Shown here in pieces: positions 50,162-63,885 of a DNA stretch of 64,000 nt. A program made the position numbers and the translations under genes. Each line of letters opens with the position of its first letter. Position 1 is the first letter of the stretch. The notes under the pieces were generated by a model. That model worked only from the letters and a program-made list of their open reading frames with translations, had not been told where the DNA came from and made no database searches. The DNA is from Phoronis australis. Its lineage: Eukaryota; Animalia; Phoronida. The stretch spans positions 1 to 64,000 of the forward strand of contig NMRA01000076.1 of the NCBI GenBank assembly GCA_002633005.1, read 5' to 3'.

Positions 50162-52910
50162 CTAGAGATGTAAATATGAAAATAGAAAAATATTTCACAA
50201 ATCGCCAGGCTCACTGGACCAATTACTACCCTGGTTTCTGTCACTTGATGAGATGTCTATCCAAGTTCCTCCGGCTGGGATGCAAGTCCATCACACTGTT
50301 TCTCATCAATTTCATCACTAACTTTGACATTCCCAGTTTTGGCAATTGCACATTTCAGTGCATTTTAGTCCAACATTAACAGAAGAACAAATGTTTGTTT
50401 AAATACAATTCACTCTGATTCTGTTTTGAACTAAAGAATTGTTAGAATAGGGTAAATTCTCAGTAATTTCAATTTCAGACTTCTAGTTCGGACACATACA
50501 TTACAAGCTTTTTTGGATAAAGTTTCCTCGAGGAGTGACTTTAACAGAGTCAAATGCAATTTTTCCCCATGCGAGATTATTCGTTGCTCCACAACTTCAA
50601 AGCAAAACTCTTGAAGTACATCTGTGAAAATTCCACTATCGTTAGATTTCTGTTTTGTCAGTAGTTTTGTGAAGCTTTTGTAGCAAGAACGATAGTATTT
50701 GACTTCGAGTGCTACCAGATCTCTTTCCTGTACTATGATCAAAAGGTAAATGCCATTTCCTGCCATAGCAGCATCCAAAAATAACCCACCTACAACCAAG
50801 CAAAACAAAAATAAAAACCGTTGTCAGAGTTTAAAAATATGGAAAGCATTGTAGGCCTGTCCTACTAAATGATAGATGTGGAATTGTACTCAATTCTTTA
50901 GTGCAATAACTGAATGGAAGTAAAAAGAATGACCAAAACATTGATAGTAAGTACTCAAAATGAGACATGCATATACACGGCCTGACGTGTTGTGCTCAAA
51001 AGTGAAAAAGATACCCATTTGTTTGTAAGCAAAATGGTCTTGAAAACAAATTTGAAAGTTAACATACAATTTCAGATATGCACACAAGTCTTTACAATCA
51101 TGGAAGTATTCTAAAATGTACTTTCACTCAAATAAATTTAGTTATATCAAAAAACACAAAAAAGTAGAACTTTTGAAGATAGTGTTCCAACAACACTGTA
51201 CAAAAATTCTTTGAAAGCAAACCAACAAAAAACTATGTTGAATGAGTAAAAACTCAATAAAAATGACTGTTCTCAGAATATTTGCTATGTGTTTTGTTAT
51301 TCTTCAACCATATGGGTGAAGCTGCACCTACTTCTGAAATACAGGAACCTATGCGCCTTTTAGCGAAGTCTGAGAGTAAAAGTAGGTTGACAATGTTAAA
51401 GGTGGTGCTCCAGATATAGGTGCTTTCTGTAGTCAATAATTACATTATAGTAGAACTACACTAAAACAGTAAAACGACTAGCGTCGGTAGTAAAATATAT
51501 TAAAATATTCCCACGTCTTGAGCGATGCGCTTTTTGTTCATCGGTAACCGCACGGCATTCCAACATCTATTTGATTTCAATAATGACATTGATGGCCAAT
51601 CACCTGGGCCCAGGGTGTAATCTCCAAACTCATACTCAAAGCCTAACCATCCACAGAGCACAATTCAAGTGAATTTACTAGAATTGTGGCATGCAATTGG
51701 TTAGTTTTCGAGCTGAGCTTCGAGTATGGAGATTACCTCTCCCCTATCCCTGGACATTACAAAAAGTATAATTTTGATAGACATCTTACACCATGCCCAG
51801 AATTATGGTTACAGAGAAAATAACAATGTATACTGAAGAAAATGGTCATCTTGTTATTGGATTATGTGCCCTACCTGCATTTGAATACCATCACAAAGGT
51901 GGATTATTCAGTGAATTATCTGGATGATCGATCCAAACACAAGCAGGCCAGACACAGAATCCAGGGAACAGTCTTTTTACGAGTTGTGCATGTGAGGGTT
52001 TTCCAGTCAGTTCGTACCTTAGTCAACTCGCACCTAAGTCAACTAATACCCGTGCTAAAAGCAATAACTAATAAACTTCATTTTCATTCACTAAGTAACG
52101 GGTAAAATTGAGTTGTTTTTCATAAATATGGCACGATTGATTGATTTTTTTAAATCACTGCTTTGCCAAATTACGTAGTTTTGAAAATTGACTTGGGTAC
52201 GTGTTGATTTGGGTATGAAGTGACCTGTTTCCTACTGAGGCTCTGACTCAGTGACTTGCATCAATTTATCATACTCCCACGAAAAATTTAACACTCACCA
52301 TCATCTTGGTCGTAATCAGTGGGTTCTATTCTCGGCATACTTTATAGTTTCGCAATCTTTCCTCTTTGCTCTTTCACTCTTTGTAACGCAAGCAAGCTTG
52401 TATAAAATGATTTGTGATACTACTGCCTGATACCCACGGCCACGCCAATCCCTGAAGTTACTTGATGCAAATGCTAACTGGTGACACACATTGTGCTCAT
52501 TACGGTCTTCATCTCCAAGGGAAAGTCATTCTTTCACACAGTCAATGCTCTTTGCCCATGTCACTTTCGAGAAACTCAGCAAATCAGATGAATTTAGTGC
52601 TTGAAGGTGTATGCAGCATTTATTTACAGCATGTTAGATTAGGTCTGCAGTTACTTAATTTCTGAACTTGTGATTGGCTAAAATGCCATCTTGTGCTAGT
52701 CTTTTGTTGGATTTAGCGCTACCTCTTGTTTAATAATGTAACATTTGGACTCACAAAAAACAGTTTTTCTACAAAAAATGTGCAACTTAAAACGTGGGAA
52801 CTTCTCAGATATCAATTGCTTAATGGTATATCTAGCCATAAAGAAAAGTTCCAAGTTGCCCCCTAAAATGGTCACAAGATGAAAAGACTGGAGCTACGGC
52901 CCATGGCCTA
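50162..52910 (-). mobile_element. Partial second copy (probable allele) of the nested Academ-like element
   Basis: Colinear with 46053-48834, with the same right junction CCATGGCCTA|GACGGAGG. It starts at the single N at 50161. Confidence 0.75.
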
Positions 52911-55900
52911 GACGGAGGTGTTGAAATTATCCAATGACTTAATTAGTTTCACACGCAGTCTGTTCAGCAGTTTACAACACGGGTTAGTGGTGTCAGCTTA
53001 TCGCTTGAATTCATCGTTTAACACCAATAAATCATCAAACTTCGATGTTAAACCCTTAAAAATGCATCGATTTCTTATAAAATGTGTTGTTTTATTTCGC
53101 TGTTACGAATTTACTGGTATTTGGACATACCGTAGCCTTCAAAATTAGGCACTGAGGCCGTCATTAGCAGGAGTTTGGGGTCTGTTTGGAGATAAATTCG
53201 AAGTATTCTTCCGTGAAGTAGGCAGGAGAACCTAAATCTTTGTTGTTTATACTTGTGATTTTTTGAGTTCTCCCAGCCAGTGGCTTGCACCAGATCAGGC
53301 CCGTCGCGGCCGCCGGGACTGGCACGAACATAAACCAGCTTGAGATGGAAACTAAACCTCCAGTCACGAGAAGACTATAATAGTGAGCCAAAGAAATAAT
53401 GTGCACGTAATTATTTATATGAATTAGCCACGAAACTGAAAATCAACTTACTTGTCGGGGGCCGCGAATTCGGGTTCCCCTTCCACAGACCGTCAGGGCA
53501 AAGTTTGTACAGTAAAAATGATTTGAATAATGTATTTTAGTAAATAAAGATTCCCCTAACATGTGACAATAGCATATAAAATCGAGTAATTGTTTCACAA
53601 CAGATTTCTGTCAGCAAACACTGAATTAGCATGCGTTCACACGGCCTCCGTACCCTGTCAGTTACTTTTGTTACCGGCATCAAAAGCCGGTAACGCAGTG
53701 ATTTATTCTTTGCTGGCTTCTCAAAACATTTGCACTCACGAGCACTACAAGGCATCAATTGTATCTAATGAGACAGACTTTGTTTCAGTTTCATATAAAC
53801 ATTGGTTAGGATCATTTTAGGATGAGTTCATTTTGAAACGGAACGCAGAATAGTAATCGTCTACATGGCAACTCGCCCAGCGCCAATCCCGACGTAATCA
53901 AGAGCTCATCCGACGAAGACTTCACGGATCGTTAGGTTTCACAGGATATCAGTTCGAACCGGAATACACTGATCAAGAAATACTAGAGAGGCGCTGTGAA
54001 CATGCATAGGCAACAGAACGTATGGGTAGTTCTTTGGTAAGCCGGAATTCGTCAGAGAAATCAAGGTCGACGAAATGCCGGCCGCAGACATTGAGATGTT
54101 TCAGGGCCTCATACTTGCGTACCTTTCATTCTTCACTACCGCGAGCCACTTCCTAAGCATTTCGGGCTCTCGAGGAAGTCGAAAAAACGTTATACCGGCT
54201 TTTTTCACATCTTCATAGCTCGGACAAGCAGGAACAAATGCACCGCTATATGGCAGCATTCACTCTGCAGACGAACCACTGACGTCGCTGCGTCGCTTCT
54301 CACCTTCCTCACAGGTTAACGCGACACCTCCGGGCAAGGGGCAAGGTGAGGTCGACCGTATACGAGGCGATGTGGATACAGACCGATTAAGTCGGTAAAA
54401 AAGACTAATTAATTCGGGTGGCATTCTCCTTTAAAGCACTTTAGAGATTCTAGAATTTTTTGAGAGCAAATCGTAACAGCTAATGATATGATTAGATAAG
54501 ATCATGTGGTTTTTATTAGCCAATCGCTAAATAAGTAGATTATTATAATTTGGGCTGAAATTAACAGGGTATTCAGATGAGCTATAAGACTAAAAGACTT
54601 GCTACAGTGTACAGAGGAAATTGTACAAAAGAGCCATCTTGTGGAAGATTCTAAAGAGGATCTTGGCAAGGGTAAGGGTTAACGAACAGGAAGTTAACTA
54701 AGAGCTTGTCACTTGCATCGCGAGTAGTAAGATGCTGCCTATACGTGTTGCGTCACCAGAGACTGACCAGCAAGAAGAATCGTGGGTAGAAGATACTGCC
54801 TGCAAGTGTTGTCACGAAGAAGTGTGACCAGCGAGTACACTGTAACAGTGCAGTGTGAATTAGCTTGAAGACTCAACAACATGACTGTCATACAACAAGT
54901 GGAGAGCCATACAGCTTGGATAGCTGATAAGACATTTGATTATTTTGGCTGATTGATTGAAGTAATCTTTAAAGATGGCCCCAGCGCAGTTACTCTTCTC
55001 TGTAGTTGATTACTCAATTATTATCAGGTTTCACTTGTTTAAATAGTGGTTTTACTATAATAAATTAATTACTGGATTTAATCATTCTTTCTCCATCTAT
55101 GCACAATTTCAAAGCATAGTTATCTTTTAAACAAATCCATAGTCAATCTTTGACAGTGTTCGTTGGCACTAACGTTCCAAAAAATTCTTTGCTCCCTCTT
55201 TTCCATTTAAGAAGATGAACTATACATCCAATAATCGAGATTTTTTAATACTTATTTACAAAAAGGCATTTCCAATTTTGAGTTGTTGATTCGTAGTAAC
55301 CGGTACCTGTAAAAGAGAAAAGAAAAACAAGGATCAAATATACTTGGGAGCCATTTTGATACATCTGTTTTCTCCACGAACAGTTTTAATATGTCGCTTC
55401 AAAAGGATAGAGTTCAGTAATTCTATTACCTTGCAAAAAATCTATCCAAAATCACGCGTTCTCATTTAAAATACACGGCAACATCTCACGTAATCTTGCG
55501 AAGTCTTGCTTTTCAGCGAACTCCAAGAGTGACTGAACTCAGGGCAGGTTTGAGTGTTTTGCAACATACGGGCTTTTTTGCGCATAACAAAGAAGGCCTG
55601 CCAGGTCGAGTGCAGTTAGGTCTTTCTGACAGACTTGGATTCTCACCGATTATTATGTAGCATGCCACACACAATACCAGGAATTTGTCACACATGAATG
55701 TGAGTCAATCTTATTTGTTAACTTGAAAACTTTTAACCATTAAAAGAATGAGACCGGCGGGATTGTGTCATTCCGTACCAGTCCAATGTGGCAGAGGTTG
55801 AACCAGATAAACACCATAAACACCTGACCTGATGCATTACTGAGCATTATGTGGACCAGACCCGCGTTCCGTCAAAGCAACTGAATTCTTCTTTAGGCCT

Positions 55901-57328
55901 CTTAACGCTGAAACATTTAAGTCTCGAATTGTTTCTTTCTCAGGTGCAAAGTGACTTTGGTCTTGCAAAGAACCGACAGTTCGTTATTACCTATAACTAT
56001 TAACTATGAATAAAAGGGCGTTCCGTAACAAGTCAAAAGTAGAACCTGGCGTACGTTCAGTAGACGCTAGGACCTAGCTAAAACATAGTCAAAGTCACAT
56101 GTTCTCATTTGAAATACACAGCAATTTCTCACGTAGTCTTGCTTTTTAGCGAGGTCCTAGCGTTACTGAACGGGAGGCTGGTTTCATGCAATGATATGAT
56201 TTCCAAACTCAAAGATTACACCTATTTTGACTAAGGAACAACTTGAAGCTAATTCCATAACTTAATAAGAAAATAGTTATTTGTCTGAACATGGGTTTAT
56301 AGTCTTTTTTGAATAAGTAAATATTTTATTTCTCAAAAGAAGGAAAATATCAGCAAATGCTAAGTAATAACTATCTAGCAATGAAAAAGATACAACAGTC
56401 ACACACCGTTCAATCCATACATGTACACCCACGCACTCTTAATGAACATGTTACTTCCAAAATTATACACGTGCGAGAAAATGCATGTCTAAGTATTTAC
56501 AGAGCGCTTCCCAAAGGTGAAATTCATTTTTTTTAAACTGATGATCAGCTTTCGTTTAACTTTGATATAATGATACAACAAATATAAAGACTTTTCAAAT
56601 GTAGGCTTGCTGTGGTCCAAAGATGATTGAAATATAAAGTACTGGCTAAAACTAAGTACAGTGTTAATCTCTTCAAATTTAGGTCCAAAATACGTGTTCA
56701 AAATGTTAGTCAATTCAACTAAACGCCGCTAATCATCGACGGGGTGGTGTGACATTTGTGTTTTGAAACCTGTGATACCTCAGGCCTGTTTTGTGGTTAG
56801 AGGGTCATCAACTGAGAGCTTATCCCTGTATCAAACACAACGCACTCGAGGTCAAACAAAAATGTCAAAATTAAATTGCGTGATCTCGTCAAGCTTGCAA
56901 GAAACAAACTTCTCCGAAAGCACCCCTGTGTTCGTGTTAAATATCCACGTCCCAGGGTCTAATCTTCCAGGTCCCACTGAACCCGGATTCACCATTCACT
57001 GCTGCCCTTAGGATTCGAGAATAAATTTTTAAGTTTACCTGAATTGTGCCATGTACTCAATTTTACAGTCGATTTTCGTTTACAGAGATTAGACTGGGGC
57101 CCTAGATCTTCATTGCAGGAATAACGTAAGATTTAATTCAAGCTGTGAGGCTAAATTTTCAGCGTTTCAGAATGGCCGTTATAGCCGAATCAGAATTTAG
57201 ATTTAGATTCTCAGGAAATTGTTTATGATAGTTCAAGTGTGTTTTAAAACGGTAACGAGGACCACAAAGCCCAGATTTTAAGAGTTGCACATCTTGATTT
57301 ATAAAATCGGTTGTTTATCTTATGCCAG

Positions 57329-57487
57329 GTGGACGTTTGTCTGAGCACAAGTGACTATTTGACACTGATCCAGGCGTCTGTGTCCGAACAACTCAACCTT
57401 CCGTCTGATAGCGTACGAAGTGTAGAGACGGTGTTCGTGAAAGATGAAGCTCAGAAGGTGGTGTTGAATTCTTCTAACGCGTCCCAG
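57329..57487 (+). CDS. ATP-grasp ligase copy C, exon 2
   Basis: Acceptor ttatgccAG, 53 codons VDVCLSTSDYL...SSNASQ, donor GTaaat at 57488. Same length and phase as copy A exon 2. Confidence 0.87.
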
Positions 57488-57864
57488 GTAAATTGCACAG
57501 ACTAGATCCGCGTTATTATTATTATTATTGGAAAACTTCTGTTATTCTTTGTAAAGTCCATTCATAAAAGTCACGGATATACTCTGATGTAAAAAGATAT
57601 CTGCTGGTCCGCCACATTCGTAAGTTCTACCTTATATCAGTGAGCTATATTAAGATGTTGATCGTGTTCAAAGTATGCACCAAATTAAGGAATCTTTATC
57701 GTGCTATTATGTTTTCCTTTTTGCTGTTATCAAACTGCAAGCTTTTTCGAACAAGTTCTGTACCTCTGCCGGAATCAGAAAATCATCGATTTTGCTGGTC
57801 TGTTTCCATGACCTGAGTTCCCTGCATATCCTATCAGGGACGATTGGTCATTTCATCCTATTAA

Positions 57865-59424
57865 AGGAGAATGCCACCTAAAAAACAACCTATGTTCGGT
57901 TGCGTTACCTGACACCTGACGGCACACGGAGGTGTTGAAATTATCCAATGACGTCATTCAGGGTTTCACACGCAGTCTGTTCAGGAGTTCACAACACGTG
58001 CTACTGGTGTCAGTACAGCTGTTACGAATTTATCGGTATTTGGACACACCGTAGCCTACAAAGTTCGGCAGGCCAATTTACCAAGGTCCGTAGCATGAGT
58101 TTGTTGTCTGTTCGGAGATAAATTCAAAGTATACTTCCGTGAAATACAGACAGGAGAACCTAGATCTGTGTTGCTTAGACTTGTGATTTTTTGAGTTCTA
58201 AACAAACAAAACGCTTGTTATCCCGGCCAGTGGCTCGGAATCCGATCAAGCCAGTTGCGGCCAGACTGACTCGATATGCCGGCCAGAGGCTCGCACCCGA
58301 TCAGGCCCGTCGTGGCCGCCGGGACAGGCACGAACATAAACCAGCGTGAGTTGGAAACTAAAGCTCCAGTCAAGAAAAGACTAATAGTGAGCCAAAAAAT
58401 AATGAGCACCTATTTATGTGAATTAGCCACGAAACTGAAAATCTACTTACTTTTCGGTGGCTCCGAAGTCAGGTTCCCTTTCCACAGACCGTCAGGGTTA
58501 AGGTTGTACAGTAACAATGAATTGAATAATGTATTTGTATTTCTAAATAAAGATTCCTCTAACATGTAACCATAGCATATATAATTGTTTCACAACAGCT
58601 TTCTGTCAGCAAAAACTGAATTAGCATGCGATCACACGGCTTCGGTGCCCGGTCAATTACCTTTATTGCCGGCATCAAAACCGGTAACGCAGTGGCTAAG
58701 TCCATGCTGGCTTCTCAACATTTGCACTCACGAATACAGCAAAGGTATTGCAAATTATATCTAATGAGGCAGACTTTGTTTCAGTTTTATATACGCATTG
58801 GTTAGGATGAGAATAACTCATTTTGAAACAGAACGCAGAATTATAATCAACGTCTACATGGCAACTCGCCCGGCGCCAATCCCGACTTAGTCAAGAGCTC
58901 ATCCGACGAAGACTTCACGGGTCGGATCGTTACGTTTCACAGGCTATCAGCTCGAACCGGAATACACTGATCAAGAGTTACTAGAGAGGCGCCGTGAACA
59001 TTTAACGGAACGTATGGATAGTTCTTTGGTAAGCCGGAATTCGTCAGAGAAGTCACTGTCAACGAAATGCCGGCTACAGACACGGAGATATTTCATGGCC
59101 TCATATTTGCTATTAACAGCGTACCTTTCATTCTTCACTACCACGAGCCATTTCCTAAGCATTTCGGGCTCTCGAGGAAATCGAAAAAACGATATACTCG
59201 CTTTCTTTGCAGCTTCATAGTTCGGACAAGCGGGAACGATGGGCTGCAATGTAGCGGCATTCACTCTGCAGACGAACCACTGACGTCACTGCGTCGTTTC
59301 TCACCTTCCTCACAGGTTAACGCGACACCTCTCGGCAAGGTGAGATCGACCGTATAAGAGGCGATGTAGATATAAACCGATTAAGATGGTAAAAAAGACT
59401 AATTAAGTCGGGTGGCATTCTCCT
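57865..59424 (-). mobile_element. Kolobok non-autonomous element, copy 2 (1560 bp, uninterrupted)
   Basis: TTAA at 57861-57864, then AGGAGAATGCCACC...GGTGGCATTCTCCT, then TTAA at 59425-59428. Colinear with copy 1. Confidence 0.85.
58971..59264 (-). pseudogene. THAP zinc-finger domain remnant of a Kolobok transposase
   Basis: IVPACPN...SFFRFPRE...RKW...RVCSRHF shows the THAP C2CH/P/W/F signature. The first Cys (MPLHC) is in another frame, and no DDE core follows. Confidence 0.75.
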
Positions 59425-61548
59425 TTAAATCGGCCGTTAGTGTTCACCCATTATCTTCGCTTTCGCCACCGACTGAGATTTATCTCTCTCTTAGTTTTCA
59501 CTGTCGAAATTTATTTTCAAAATTTTTCCAATTATCCATACATCATTTATGATTCTGTCCAGTCAAATAGGTACTATTAGCTTCTTTATGACGAGTTTTA
59601 ACAACAAAATTAACTGCTCAAATCAGACGCAACAAGGTGACCGTAAATGAACGAGAAAGTTTCACCAGAGATAAAGTTCAAATTTCTGCAGGGCTTTCTT
59701 CTGACTTCTACATTTTGCTAATAACAATTGTTTAATTACATCAGAGCATACCAGTACATGCATGTTTTGTCTTAAAATGGGTTGGGTACAGTTTGTAATG
59801 TAAATGGTCAATCGCCCTAACATTTCGTCTTTTCATAACGATGGCGAGAGTACATAATTTCATATTAGCGCAAGGGGTACCACTAGAAACGCTTGGTTAC
59901 ACACAATACTGCATTTCCATTGAGTACTTTTCATGTTTTCTGGGGTGTGGTCGTCTTGAGAGTTTGGCGAATTCATGCACTGAAAATCACTCATGATGTC
60001 CGTCCGCGAGTAAAAACTAGTGAAATCACGTGTTTGTGCATTCAAACGGGCGGCACATGCACAGTGAAATGCAAGTGTGGGAAATCATTTGTTCGTAGAA
60101 GATGAAACACATCGGCCTACCTTTACAGTCAACAGGTGGCGAAAAAAGATATCTCACAAAGACTTGCGTGATCTCGCAAAACTTGCAAGAAAATAGTCTG
60201 GTGGAACAATCTTCCTCGTCTTGAGCAGTATAGGCGATGTGATATACATGCCCCCTTTTCACGACGGAAATTCTTTTCACAGGGCCTACAGTTTTTACTT
60301 CACGCGCCGCATTCCCTGTTAACGAGAAAACGATTTTGTTCATAAAAACAACGACTTTGTGACACTACTGAAAAAGCTCGGACTAATAAGTGGTAGAACG
60401 TAGCCTGCGACCACTTTGCATGAGACTCGACTCGACTTGAGAACTGATCTCTGCACCACTCTTCGATAACACTTTCAAATTTATCGGCACACGATTGGTC
60501 AATTTTCGAGTCCAGTCTTCACTAGAATTCTGAAAATGATACCTTGTCGCAGATTTATATACTTCCGGCCAGTTTTTGGACATAAACTCTTGTAAAGTTC
60601 AATTGCGCATTATATGTTTATATTCATAAAAAGGCAAAATTTTGGATTTAATAATCTGCAGCTTGATACAAGTTGATATATACGTGTATTTGTATTTATG
60701 CATGAATAGGGTTCTTTAAATAACACTTGATCTATTTAACTTCATTTTTTTCAATCCAGTGAACATGCATTCAGAATACTCAGAATCCCCTGCACATGCA
60801 CTTTAGCTTTGCAATTAGGCCCATGCAGTGTCGAATTCTTTAACCTTGTAAGAATAGCAAGATTTCGCGAGGTTCCGTGAGATATTGGTGTGTAGTTTCA
60901 ATGAGAGTACATGATTTTGGTTAGATACTTTTCGCTGCGAGACAGGTATTAACTCTACTCCGGCATCCTTCTACGTGCACGCGCATGCGCCTTTATGCTA
61001 AACAATACGCTTCCTTTGCAAGTTTTCTTCCCAAATGTCCAGCATATAAGCACATGTGCGTAAGCTTCACAATTAGGCGCAGTTCCAAATTTAGCCGCAT
61101 GCGTTCGATTACGGGTGAAACGAAACATTTTTACAAGTACCGTCTTGGTCGTGTACATTTTCCTTGATGCAAAGTGGAATGATGCTAACGTCACGTTCGT
61201 GTAGTTCTCGATTTGTTGTTATTGTTCAGCGTAATTTTACGTAGTTTTATATAGTAGCGCGTCTTTTTGGTGAGACATTCCATCACGATATTACGCTGAC
61301 ACAGCTTACGTTGTTGTGAAAATCTGGGCTGTTCTTTTTCTTTGCCCATATTGTCAAACGCAAAAAATGTTGTGAGAATTTGGGCCTGCAACGCTGACCC
61401 AAATTCTCACATTTTTAAAATTGTAACAATTTGGAATGTTGTGACGTTTGGGCCTGCACAACGCTTCCGCTAAATAGTGCAAAGCATTTAGGATAAAGTA
61501 TTTTGTACCTTCTGTTTTAAAGGCGAGAATTATTATTTTCTGAAATCA

Positions 61549-61620
61549 GCCTCAGCGAGGAATCGAACCTTCAACCTTCACTGTCGCAGCATAACGACCT
61601 GTTGACGAGCTAAGCAACAC
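61549..61620 (-). mobile_element. Degenerate tRNA-derived sequence (SINE head or pseudo-tRNA)
   Basis: The minus strand has A-box-like TAGCTCGTCAACAGG and a perfect B-box GGTTCGATTCC at tRNA-like spacing, but no convincing cloverleaf. Confidence 0.45.
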
Positions 61621-62406
61621 ACGATATAAGATAGCGTTACAAGAGTACGCACTGTATTTAAACGCGCACAGTCACCAGCCTTTTGCTTTTAGCGAATGTC
61701 TGGCTTAACAGAATGGTGATTTGTAATAACGGATTTTATTTTTATAGCTCTGGATTGGGTTGCATAAAACTAATCAGCAGGATAAGTTAGATGACATGCA
61801 TTGATTGCAAATTGCAACGTAGCGCCACAACAATACCAGCTATGCCTTGACCGGTTACTTCACGTTGAGTTACCTTCTGTTTTGACTTTACAATTTCAAT
61901 GAAAACTGAAACTTTATGTCTAACCGTCGGTTAATTTTGTATTTTTTTAAGTTCATTTCTTTCATTGATTATTTTGGACGTTGTCTAGGCGAAATGGCAT
62001 ATTTGCTGAGGTTGACATTCAAAAGTAATATGGCTGAAATTTTCATTTTTCGAAATTTCCCGAGGAAAACATTTCGACAAAAAGCCGACTTTTGCCGTTT
62101 TGAACGATACAAGACATAATGCTTGATTTTGTTGTTTATTCAATTCATTATGTTCATGGAATGGTTTTAGCGGGTCAGTGCTCTTTTAAATTGATACAAT
62201 AATTTTCAATGTAGTCCTGTCTGATTTTCATATAACATAAGAAAATTAGTAACTGACCTCATAGCCGAAGAAACGCTTAGGCTTTTAAAACGAAAAAAAG
62301 AATCTACGGGTTTTGCATTTTTAAATGTTTCCTGTGTATACGGGGTTTTATTGTGTGCTAGTAGTTAACCCGTACTAAATACTTTCCAGTATTTTCCTAC
62401 TTACAG

Positions 62407-62628
62407 CATGGAGTTACAAGCTACGCTATTGGAACAGAAGAAGGACTGAATCGTGTCCTGGAGAAACTCGAATTTCCGGTTATCATGAAACCGCTGTGTG
62501 GTGAAGGATCCAGCGGCTGCAGGTTGTTGTATGACGATGTAGAGTGCCGGCGACATCTGGTGGATTTGAAGAGAGACATGTTGTTACACGGTGGAAAATC
62601 AACTGAGAAGTTCTCTTACAAAAATGAA
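62407..62628 (+). CDS. ATP-grasp ligase copy C, exon 3 (not in the supplied ORF track)
   Basis: Acceptor ttacAG at 62405-62406 and donor GTaagt at 62629. Manual translation gives 74 codons: HGVTSYAIGTEEGLNRVLEKLEFPVIMKPLCGEGSSGCRLLYDDVECRRHLVDLKRDMLLHGGKSTEKFSYKNE. Confidence 0.9.
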
Positions 62629-62974
62629 GTAAGTCAGTTACAGTGATTATCAAGTTGGCGTAAGCTACCTTTTGTGTGTATATTGCATCCGATATGTCAT
62701 TGAGTGCTTAAAGTAGGATTGACATTATCAACCAAATTCCTGTTGAACAACAAATTGCAACCCGCTATATAACTTACACAACAGATTCGCAACTCCAGTA
62801 TTTTGTTATGGAATTCTCAGAGGTGGCGCCACTTTTCTTTTAGTGAGCAGACGACTTTCTTGTCGGAAGCGAAACCGTGACTCACACCAGGCGCAGCTAG
62901 TAATGGTGACGTTGTGGCCAATGGTGTTGGTCTCGGCATGTGCTTGTTGCACAGTACTCGTTGCGCTTTTATCT

Positions 62975-63051
62975 AGTAACATTATTAATTGAGTAACATT
63001 ATTAATTGAGTAATATTATTAATTGAGTAACATTATTAATTGAGTAACATT
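62975..63051. repeat. Minisatellite, 17-bp unit AGTAACATTATTAATTG x4.5
   Basis: Read directly from the sequence; one substitution in the third unit. Confidence 0.95.
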
Positions 63052-63058
63052 CTGGATC

Positions 63059-63342
63059 TGTTTCATGAAAAGTGCCTTAAGCCTTAAGTCATAAATTTGG
63101 TCATAAGTTTCACACAACCATTTAGGAAAATAAATTTGATTAACATTTAAAAATGGCACTCCAACAAAACTGTAGTCTTTCAGAATATACACGCAACTCT
63201 AGTTACTCGGACAATTTCTAAAAATTATTTGTAGATTGTGATGTGCTCATGATTTTAATCGCCTGAAGTTTTGCTCAACACTTGTGAATTAGGAGCGTAA
63301 GACTAAATTAATTTCTTGTCTTAAGCCACTTTTCATGAAACA
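63059..63342. mobile_element. MITE with 23-bp TIR in intron 3 of copy C
   Basis: TGTTTCATGAAAAGTGCCTTAAG (63059-63081) and CTTAAGCCACTTTTCATGAAACA (63320-63342) are 22/23 complementary. Confidence 0.65.
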
Positions 63343-63885
63343 ATGTTCCTGTACTTTACGTATCTTTGAGCTACACGATGATATTATTAACTATTATTCA
63401 AATCTATGGAACATAATAAAAACCCCTGATGGCAAAAACAATCTTCCCGGACACGCAGTGACCTCTGTCGACCAATTTGCTCATTTACGTTATGTTTCCG
63501 TGGTGAGGGTGCCCAGTGCGTGTGGTTGTCGTTCAAGTTTCGCGGGAAGATTTTTTTTGCGCGTGATACATAAGAGTAATTGCAATGAGTGGTAAGTAAG
63601 TTATAGAGGCGGATGGTAGTGATTCTTTTTCGTGGTGATAGTTCTGGAGCCCTTGGGTGGGCTTTCCCCCGCCTGGATTTCATCACCTTTTACAAGTTAT
63701 GTTAAAAAATGGTAAAAGGCTTGTCAAAAGATGGCGTCGTTGACATGTGTTTTTCAATACGTTGGCAATTGAAGTCGTCAGATTCTACGCATTTCGAGGT
63801 CTGTAGATGTTTCCCAAGAGTAGGCTTGCGATTCATTTACTCTTTCGTCTCTCATAATGGACTCATTTAGTTTAACTTCTTGCAG

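Larger units (their letters stand above)
46053..54236 (+). repeat. Tandem duplication 46053-50160 vs 50162-54236 joined by one N (probable uncollapsed haplotypes)
   Basis: Two colinear ~4.1-kb copies with scattered SNPs and indels. The junction is exactly the single N at 50161 and cuts through both transposons. Confidence 0.88.
45345..54430 (-). mobile_element. Kolobok non-autonomous element, copy 1 (~1.6 kb net, interrupted by the Academ-like element and a duplicated segment)
   Basis: Ends are TTAA|AGGAGAATGCCACCC...GGGTGGCATTCTCCT|TTAA. A frameshifted THAP remnant lies on the minus strand near 53960-54260 (VPACPSY...FFRLPREPEMLRKW). A TTAA TSD, AGG..CCT ends and a THAP domain together define Kolobok. 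Confidence 0.8.

Noticed and set aside
61549-61620. Functional tRNA gene
   Set aside because: The B-box is present, but the acceptor, D and anticodon stems do not pair convincingly. Kept only as a SINE-like relic.
62975-63051. Regular short repeats as a possible CRISPR array
   Set aside because: Head-to-tail 17-mers with no spacers, no cas genes and a eukaryotic intron context.
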